Origin: a virus
Taxonomy: Duplodnaviria; Caudoviricetes
DNA length: 64,000 nt
IMG/VR virus record: IMGVR_UViG_3300027776_000009
Reading direction: 5' to 3' (one strand)
Position numbers and translations under genes: made by a program. Shown here in pieces: positions 57,778 to 64,000 of this stretch; position 1 is the stretch's first letter; every line of letters begins with the position of its first letter. The notes beneath the pieces are model-generated. The model worked only from the letters and a program-made list of their open reading frames with translations. It did no database searches and was not told the DNA's origin.

Positions 57778-59187
57778 CTATTTAGGCATAGCGTTCCACG
57801 CCTCAACGTTTGCTAGCTGTTTGGCCACATTGTAATCCGTCGCAATGCTGAGATAGTAAGACATATTGTCAATAAAACTGTCAATATACTTCTGAAATCT
57901 CAGCAAGATGGGAGTTTGCTTGCTCGTGTATTGTTGAGCCAAATTTTGCACCAAATCCTGCCTCTGTCGTTCATTAGCGGATATGGCTGCAGCGCTGGCT
58001 TTTTCCAGCCTTTCAAAGAGCTCTTTGATCTCCTTCTGATAGGTGTCAAAGTTCTTTTGATTCATCTGAACAAAATCTTTCAGGGCTTCTACTAATCCAA
58101 GGGTCTCATCAAGTTCGGGGAATTTAAGTTCCTTTTCACTTAATAAAAGACCTCTGTCAAGTAACTTTCGACCATGGACCGTATCGCCGAGCCGCAACGA
58201 CGGTAGTTCAAACCGTATCTGATCCCCGTTAGTCCCGTCATATTTCGGTTGTAGTTCTGCTAAATAAAGACACTGCTCCCCTGGGTAAACGTTGCCATAG
58301 GTCTTAATGCTTTTATCGCTTAGTGATTCGGCGGCAGCCGAATCATGGCCAGCCGGAACATTAAAACCTATGTCGTTAAAATAATCTACTTGATCAAGTA
58401 GAAGATTTTTCCGCGTGGCGTCACTTAATCCGGTACGCTCCAATACAGCAACCATGTTTCTGACCAGACCGTAATAGAGAGCAGCCTGTCCAGACCCACT
58501 AAGAAGTTGCGTCATGATGGTTGTGAAATCGGACCGCGTTGTTGGAAAATGGTTTCCGACCATCAGGTTCATTAGCCGCTCATAATCGACTTTCAAGTTA
58601 TCGAGTATCTTTAGATGAAGATCGTTCGGGATAACCTTAATGTGTCTGGTTACTGTGGCGACGGAACCGGTTTTTGCGTCGTGAATATGGCTCACGATCT
58701 TATTCTCAAGGGTCTCTAGTTTCTTCTTCCTCAACCCAAGAAGTTGCAGGATCTTACCACCCCATTCCTTGAGCTTTGCCCAGACACGTTTGAGCATTTC
58801 CAACAGAGCCTTACCCATGTCTTTCAGACGCTGCCCAATCCCGTCTTCCATAGAAGCAATAAGTGCGCTGGGGTCACTGCTCTCCATAGACGGCGTTGCG
58901 TACCCAAATCCCCAGCGTTTGTCGACCATCTGAATAGTTTTCTGGGCAAAGACCAAGGCATTACGATCCAGCATAGCACCTTTCAAGGCCTGTTCCAGGG
59001 CTGCTTGCACATCTTCCAGAGCATCTGTGTCGGCACGTAAGGTATCGACACGGTTTATATCTTCTTGCAGTTCATGATGGAGCTGGTTAGCCTCCAGTTC
59101 AGATCCCTGCATTTCCACCACAGGGAGAGTGACTTCCGGTTCAACGAGTTCTTCCAAACCCAAACGATAATAGAGTTTGCTAGACAT
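57778..59187 (-). CDS. Inner-head protein paralog
   Basis: MSSKLYYRLGLEEL leader, PSMES and ASMED sites, EMLKRVWAKLKEW helix. Confidence 0.8.
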   Translation of the reverse strand: MSSKLYYRLGLEELVEPEVTLPVVEMQGSELEANQLHHELQEDINRVDTLRADTDALEDVQAALEQALKGAMLDRNALVFAQKTIQMVDKRWGFGYATPSMESSDPSALIASMEDGIGQRLKDMGKALLEMLKRVWAKLKEWGGKILQLLGLRKKKLETLENKIVSHIHDAKTGSVATVTRHIKVIPNDLHLKILDNLKVDYERLMNLMVGNHFPTTRSDFTTIMTQLLSGSGQAALYYGLVRNMVAVLERTGLSDATRKNLLLDQVDYFNDIGFNVPAGHDSAAAESLSDKSIKTYGNVYPGEQCLYLAELQPKYDGTNGDQIRFELPSLRLGDTVHGRKLLDRGLLLSEKELKFPELDETLGLVEALKDFVQMNQKNFDTYQKEIKELFERLEKASAAAISANERQRQDLVQNLAQQYTSKQTPILLRFQKYIDSFIDNMSYYLSIATDYNVAKQLANVEAWNAMPK

Positions 59188-59249
59188 GACAATATACCTA
59201 CAGAGGGGGTGGGTGGACAAGATTTGTAACACAGACTCATAGCATAACC

Positions 59250-59278
59250 AAAAAAGAAAGGGGGGTCCGTAGACCCCC
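59250..59278 (-). terminator. Intrinsic terminator
   Basis: GGGGGTC-TACG-GACCCCC plus CTTTCTTTTTT, then TATGC. Confidence 0.8.
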
Positions 59279-59294
59279 GGTAAAGCATTGCGCT

Positions 59295-60761
59295 TTACTT
59301 GCTGTAGATGTTTACGCTGATCACTCGGCTGTCCTTGACGTTAATGATAACAACATCATTGACATCACTGCTGATAAGCACGTCGCACTGTTTCGAAGTG
59401 ACATCCTCAGCCAGCAGCTTTGCTACCACCTGATCTGTCTGGATCACAACGACATAAGTTTCGTCGGCGTAAGAACGATCGTTGACAACCACCAGACGAC
59501 CGCCGAGCCGGTGGATCTCGTGCTCAACCGGGAAGTGAATCAATGGAGTTCTCAGCAACTCTACGGCGTATTCCGTTGCGATGGCCAGCTCTTCCTTGAC
59601 TGTGGTTGCGTGTGCAAACCGATCATTAAAACCCTCCCAATCATACGTGCCGACTGGATACACGTCGACGCCATCATCGATACCCAAGGGCTTAACCGCT
59701 TCGGAGAGTGGTTCCTTTTCACCCGGCTGAATGGACGGTGAACGGATATAAAGCGTTCCCACAATGCGGTCATCATGCAGGTACTTGATAACCAAGGCTT
59801 TGTTGACCTCGGTCGGGAGGGTCCACCATTGGTCAAGCATGAGACGCTGTACTTCGATCCGACCATTGCCAAGCCAAAGCGCCTGAGCCCATTTTGCAGC
59901 AACTCCGTGTTTCATAACAGTTTCATCGACATGTTCCGGCATTTCCGAATGAATCAGGATCATGCGGTCCATCGAAACCTGTGTCACATCCGTGATATCA
60001 AAGAGACCTGACGCAACGGCGTGTGCATACAGAACAAACTCATCGTAATGCATCGGACGATTGCTGATCGAGCAACGTTGATCACCGTGGGCGCTCGACA
60101 CTTTTGCGCCAACCGTGACCGGTGAAGCATCGTATGCTTCCAGCCCGCGCTGATTACGACGCTGCCGCTGCTCTTCATAATAGCCTTCTGCCCCGGTTGA
60201 CAGTCTGATTTCACTACGGTTTTCACCGAGTTGAGCACCGAACTCCACCCCACCACCGGCCCAGGTTGACTCAGCAATGACCGGACGCACTTTCCAGGAA
60301 TCAATCGGATCACCTTCCTTTTGCGTCATCCAGGCAATGTTCCCGGCTGGATGAGGAGTACGGTTTACATTCAGGTATTCCAGGGCCTGCTCATAGGCCA
60401 ATGCATCACCCCGTTTGATTTCGTCTTCCGTTGCCAAGCGGATGTGGCGCGGATCCACATCCATCAGTTCGTAGTCATTACCCAAGGGGTGATACATGCC
60501 GACAGAAATACGGTAGTCAAGGGACGCTTGATACGCATTACGCAGATCGTACCGACCATCACGAGTCCCATACAAGCCATGCATCTGAGGTTCACGACCC
60601 AACTGAGGACGCTGTGGCATGATCACCATCAGACACGACCAGGTGTTTTCACCCGCTTCAACGAACAGGGATTTATAAACCACGATCTGACCGGGCTCAA
60701 AGGGCTTATCCGGGTGGACGAGGGAAGCAGCGAGTTGTTGCAGACGTTGTGAGAGTTTCAT
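59295..60761 (-). CDS. Hypothetical protein (~488 aa)
   Basis: Start MKLS (SD GGAG) aligns with the paralog. An alternative in-frame ATG at 60809 also has an SD. Confidence 0.75.
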   Translation of the reverse strand: MKLSQRLQQLAASLVHPDKPFEPGQIVVYKSLFVEAGENTWSCLMVIMPQRPQLGREPQMHGLYGTRDGRYDLRNAYQASLDYRISVGMYHPLGNDYELMDVDPRHIRLATEDEIKRGDALAYEQALEYLNVNRTPHPAGNIAWMTQKEGDPIDSWKVRPVIAESTWAGGGVEFGAQLGENRSEIRLSTGAEGYYEEQRQRRNQRGLEAYDASPVTVGAKVSSAHGDQRCSISNRPMHYDEFVLYAHAVASGLFDITDVTQVSMDRMILIHSEMPEHVDETVMKHGVAAKWAQALWLGNGRIEVQRLMLDQWWTLPTEVNKALVIKYLHDDRIVGTLYIRSPSIQPGEKEPLSEAVKPLGIDDGVDVYPVGTYDWEGFNDRFAHATTVKEELAIATEYAVELLRTPLIHFPVEHEIHRLGGRLVVVNDRSYADETYVVVIQTDQVVAKLLAEDVTSKQCDVLISSDVNDVVIINVKDSRVISVNIYSK

Positions 60762-60837
60762 GGTGTTTCTCCAGTTAATTACGGATTGATCAGCGGTCTT
60801 TGTAGCCATAATGGCTCTCCTATGGGTTATCCCTTAG

Positions 60838-60850
60838 GTAGTGTGTATGT
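60838..60850 (-). promoter_or_regulatory. Early-promoter-like motif ACATACACACTAC
   Basis: Repeated motif just downstream of a terminator. Confidence 0.65.
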
Positions 60851-60866
60851 ACAAATGGTTTCAAGC

Positions 60867-60912
60867 AAAAAAAAAATAGGTGAGGGAGAGACTCCTAAGA
60901 GTCTCTCCCTCA
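60867..60912 (-). terminator. Intrinsic terminator
   Basis: 14-bp stem TGAGGGAGAGACTC/GAGTCTCTCCCTCA, then CCTA and T10. Confidence 0.75.
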
Positions 60913-60917
60913 GGGGG

Positions 60918-61439
60918 TTAGAAGGGGCGGAGGTTGACATTTGTATAGTCAAGCTCGCCGGCCATGACCAGCTTCAACTCATCCTTGCGGAGGAGTTTAC
61001 GGAGCTTCTTCACAGTGATAGGGAGTGCGTCTGCATACCACTGAGTGGTGCGCAGCAGAATTTCGCCCTCGTCGACCTGTACCCACAGCAGCTCCTTGAG
61101 CTGAAGCGCAGCCTTGATCTTGGCGAGGATCTTATTGATCCTCGCCTTTCTGGGAGCATTGAGGTGCTCCCAGAATTGATCAAGCGTGGGTCGGAGTGGG
61201 AGACCTTCAATCAGCTCCCGCTCGCCGGCGGTGAACTTTGCCCCGTCGATCCGGAGCACAGCCGGATCGACGGGGTCTCCGGCCTTGAAGCTGCACGCGT
61301 GCGGGAACAGTTTGGCCAACGCACGGCCAAAAGACTCATTCGGCAGTTTGCCGTACATTCCGCAGACATGCTGCGGAATCACGTACTGCACATGGTGAGT
61401 GGCGAGGCAAGAGTTGGTAACACGAATGAACATGCCCAT
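60918..61439 (-). CDS. Hypothetical protein (173 aa)
   Basis: SD AGGAG, with its own promoter motif and terminator. Confidence 0.7.
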   Translation of the reverse strand: MGMFIRVTNSCLATHHVQYVIPQHVCGMYGKLPNESFGRALAKLFPHACSFKAGDPVDPAVLRIDGAKFTAGERELIEGLPLRPTLDQFWEHLNAPRKARINKILAKIKAALQLKELLWVQVDEGEILLRTTQWYADALPITVKKLRKLLRKDELKLVMAGELDYTNVNLRPF

Positions 61440-61476
61440 GGTGATCTCCTTCGATCTTGGTTTAGGGTTCACAGAT

Positions 61477-61489
61477 GTAGTATATATCT
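61477..61489 (-). promoter_or_regulatory. Early-promoter-like motif AGATATATACTAC
   Basis: Repeated motif with an AT-rich upstream stretch containing AATCC. Confidence 0.65.
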
Positions 61490-61511
61490 GAAGTTTTTTG
61501 GATTTTAGCCC

Positions 61512-61550
61512 AAAGAAAAAGGGAGCATCCTAGCTCCCTCGGCTATGCCG
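61512..61550 (-). terminator. Intrinsic terminator; TATGCCG on the opposite side
   Basis: GGGAGC/GCTCCC stem plus TTTTTCTTT on the minus strand. TATGCCG at 61544-61550 on the plus strand. Confidence 0.7.
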
Positions 61551-62012
61551 TTACAGGCAACGCAGTGCGTTGATCACCAACACCTTGCGCTTTGCGTAAC
61601 GGGACAGCGCTTTCTCCCAGCCGTCCCACAAGGCATGCGGACGAACCACGCTGTTGTCTTCCAAATCGCACAGCTTGATCCACAGAGCCTCCTTATCCTT
61701 GGACTCAATAAGCCGCTGAATGGCTTCATCACCATCCTCATCCTTGCGCTTGGTGAGCAGATCAACCAGCGTTGCAACACGATCCCCGAACGTTGCGTGG
61801 ATATCGTACATCGTTGTACGAGTATCCTCCACAACATCGTGGAGCAGCGCTGCTGCCACGGCTTCGTCGCTGAGGCAGAGTTCCTCCACCGCCTTCGCCA
61901 CCCGCTGAGGGTGGTTGAAGTACGGTTCCGAACCACAACGGCGCATTTGAGCGCCGTGAGCAATGCTCGCAGTTTTGCGAGCCTTTTCTATCAGTGTCAT
62001 GATGGGTTCCAT
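61551..62012 (-). CDS. Stand-alone RelA/SpoT-type HD hydrolase (Mesh1/small alarmone hydrolase-like)
   Basis: AHGAQMRR..SEPYFNHP, AALLHDVVEDT, FG..VA.LV..LTK and IKLCD..DN motifs. Confidence 0.85.
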   Translation of the reverse strand: MEPIMTLIEKARKTASIAHGAQMRRCGSEPYFNHPQRVAKAVEELCLSDEAVAAALLHDVVEDTRTTMYDIHATFGDRVATLVDLLTKRKDEDGDEAIQRLIESKDKEALWIKLCDLEDNSVVRPHALWDGWEKALSRYAKRKVLVINALRCL

Positions 62013-62048
62013 GATGCCCCCCTTCGGGCTTGTGGTATGATCACAGTA

Positions 62049-62061
62049 GTAGTATATATCT
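62049..62061 (-). promoter_or_regulatory. Early-promoter-like motif AGATATATACTAC
   Basis: Lies 37 nt upstream of the HD hydrolase start. Confidence 0.65.
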
Positions 62062-62074
62062 GAAATTAAAATGA

Positions 62075-62115
62075 CGGCATAAATGGAGGGCTCACCCGAA
62101 AGGGTGAGCCCTCCA
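62075..62115 (-). terminator. Hairpin plus TTTATGCCG
   Basis: 14-bp stem TGGAGGGCTCACCC/GGGTGAGCCCTCCA after the head gene. Confidence 0.8.
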
Positions 62116-62134
62116 ATGCTTTCATCCCGAAGGA

Positions 62135-63718
62135 TTACTGAGCAGCAGCGGCAGTCGGCACCGAAGCGACAACGTAAGCCAGCACAGCGCGGCACACACT
62201 CAGGTTGGTCGAACAGATCTGAACGTTGTAGTTATCCAGCTTGTTGTACAGCAGGACCATGCCGTAGCCGATGGAGGCCAGGAAGCGGCGACGGTAGAAG
62301 CTGGTTTCACCTTGCAGAGCCTTGATGTGATGATCGATCTTGGCTTCGGCAGCTTGAACCGCAGTTTCACGAGCACCGGCTTCGCGGAAGAAGACTTCAA
62401 TCGCATCGCAGATGGCCACAACGTGGTTCAGAGCTGCAGCAGCGTCCTTGGAGGACAGCGATTGGAAGACCGACTTCTTGGGCATCGGAGCTTTGCGGGT
62501 GCGCAGCTTGATGTGGTTCGACAGATAACCTGCCGGGAAACCCACGTAAGCATGCATAGCGCCACCTACCGCAGTACCCACGGTCGCGCCAAGGGCTGCG
62601 AAACCGCCGCCCAGCGCGCCGCCAGCCAGACCACCCAGAGCACCACCAATGATACCGGACCCACCAGCAGCGTAGTTACCAGCAGCGCCAAGAGCTGCGC
62701 CAACGGCAGCACCCTTCCCCGTATACTTCAAGGCTGTCCCAATACCCGTTACCAGGATTCCGCCAGCTGACGTTGCGATTTTTCCAGCCAGCGACTTGTA
62801 ATTGAAGTTGGTCACTTCAATGGACTTACCACCCAGCAGTGCGTTGCTGTAGTACATATTGGTGAAGTTGGCATCGTCACGCTCTTCATGAATCTTCGGG
62901 AGACCTTGGGTAACGTAGTCACCAATGGCCTTGGTGATTTCTTCACCAGTGCGGTTCAGCATCTGGTTGTACTTCTCGGCGTCTTTCAGACCCACGACGT
63001 CATCGGCCAGCTTCAGGAACACACTTTCCACGGTCTTCAAGCAACCCGAACCATCCGGACCCACGGCGTGGATCGTAAAGGTTTCCAGTTCCTTCAGCTT
63101 GGTGACCAGCGTACCACCAGACGCGGCTTGACCACCGGCGGCCAGCGCGGCGTTGGAGAAAGCAATGTCTTCACCACCGGCAAAGGAACCGGCAGCTTCA
63201 ACATGCGCCTTCAGCGCGTGAGCGCGTTCACGGAGCTTGCCAACCGCTTTCTTGGCCGGGGTGATGAATGCCATGATGTGGTCACGGGCTTGCTTGATGC
63301 GAGCCACCATGCCGGTGTAGAACTTGGCCAGGTTTTCCTTGATGCCTTCCATCGAAGCGGTCAGTTCGGCAGTCAGGTTGTAATCGGACATGCCTTCGGT
63401 GGAAACCACCGGCGGCAGATCCATCCCCCAGCGACGATACACACCAGCCACCGGAGTGCGGGAGAAGGTGATGGTGTCACGAGTGATATTGCCGCTGGCC
63501 AGAGCCGAGTTCATGGCCACCATCACGTCTTCCAGAGTACCGGCGTCTTCAACGAGGTTTTCGTTGTCTTCGACAGCGCTGTCAGCTTGGTTGGCGGTTT
63601 CTTCGGCATCGATCATGTGCGCTTCGACGGAATCAGAGCCATCGGTGTCCACGTTTTCAATGGGTTGGTCTTCAACGAGTTCTTCCAAACCCAGGCGATA
63701 CATCAGTTTGTTGCTCAT
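62135..63718 (-). CDS. Inner-head protein paralog with glycine-zipper insertion
   Basis: MSNKLMYRLGLEEL leader, STEG and ASMEG sites, long GxxxG-rich hydrophobic segment. Confidence 0.8.
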   Translation of the reverse strand: MSNKLMYRLGLEELVEDQPIENVDTDGSDSVEAHMIDAEETANQADSAVEDNENLVEDAGTLEDVMVAMNSALASGNITRDTITFSRTPVAGVYRRWGMDLPPVVSTEGMSDYNLTAELTASMEGIKENLAKFYTGMVARIKQARDHIMAFITPAKKAVGKLRERAHALKAHVEAAGSFAGGEDIAFSNAALAAGGQAASGGTLVTKLKELETFTIHAVGPDGSGCLKTVESVFLKLADDVVGLKDAEKYNQMLNRTGEEITKAIGDYVTQGLPKIHEERDDANFTNMYYSNALLGGKSIEVTNFNYKSLAGKIATSAGGILVTGIGTALKYTGKGAAVGAALGAAGNYAAGGSGIIGGALGGLAGGALGGGFAALGATVGTAVGGAMHAYVGFPAGYLSNHIKLRTRKAPMPKKSVFQSLSSKDAAAALNHVVAICDAIEVFFREAGARETAVQAAEAKIDHHIKALQGETSFYRRRFLASIGYGMVLLYNKLDNYNVQICSTNLSVCRAVLAYVVASVPTAAAAQ

Positions 63719-63799
63719 GGTGTTACTCCACGGAGATTTTGAATGCGGGAGTCATGACTCTCCCGCGTTGTTTACAGCAAACGAGTGGGTACTGCGAGA

Positions 63800-64000
63800 T
63801 TACTTGGTGTCAGCTTCAGGTACCGGCGGCGGGGTTGGCGACTTATCGTCCTTACCAACAGATGCGCCGTAGCTCTTCAGCACCAGATCACCGTAAGCCA
63901 GATAGGCCTTGACTGTTTTGGTCAGGTAACTAACGATGGTGTAGTCGGAGGTGATGCCATACGACCAGAAGGCGGCAAAGACCTTGGCAAAGTCGGCGCG
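63800..64000 (-). CDS. C-terminal end of a gene, probably another inner-head paralog (5' end off window)
   Basis: Hand translation ...RADFAKVFAAFWSYG...TVKAYLAYGDLVLKSY...PEADTK* is open to the window edge. The ending resembles the paralog C-terminal helices. Confidence 0.55.
   Translation of the reverse strand, partial: RADFAKVFAAFWSYGITSDYTIVSYLTKTVKAYLAYGDLVLKSYGASVGKDDKSPTPPPVPEADTK

Noticed and set aside
44936-62115. CRISPR-like or attC-like array from recurring hairpins
   Set aside because: The stem sequences differ, spacing follows gene ends, and there is no cas or integrase gene. They are better explained as terminators.

Overview
This 64 kb window comes from a phiKZ-like jumbo phage genome (nucleus-forming Chimalliviridae type). 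The call rests on gene content and order, recognised from memory and not from a search. It holds the DnaB-like helicase / gp119-like / major capsid / gp122-like / nvRNAP beta-subunit block, portal and baseplate genes, the central spike, SbcC, RuvC, a SNF2-like helicase, dcd, tmk and an M15 endolysin with a holin-like gene. There are four complete (plus one partial) inner-head paralogs with prohead-protease-type S/A/G-x-E sites, an 11.5 kb fibre cluster and two accessory regions. Main observations: (1) a candidate 'plug-and-socket' fibre that may self-polymerise, with anchor, adaptor ending DGGTY, shaft with an N-terminal RIKRS domain and C-terminal DGGSF, and a beta-helix tip; (2) a DHH phosphoesterase resembling the type III CRISPR-CorA-associated NrN, plus HD-PDE, Mesh1-like and CYTH enzymes that could erase nucleotide signals; (3) a conserved MS(N/S)KLxY(K/R)LGLE(E/D)L leader on the inner-head proteins; (4) two terminator classes (hairpin+U-tract and hairpin+TATGCCG) and a repeated early-promoter-like motif ATAYRYACTAC. 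I saw no rRNA, tRNA, CRISPR array or mobile element. phiKZ gene numbers are recalled orthology guesses. Several starts were moved from the ORF track to the codon that has a Shine-Dalgarno (SD) sequence.
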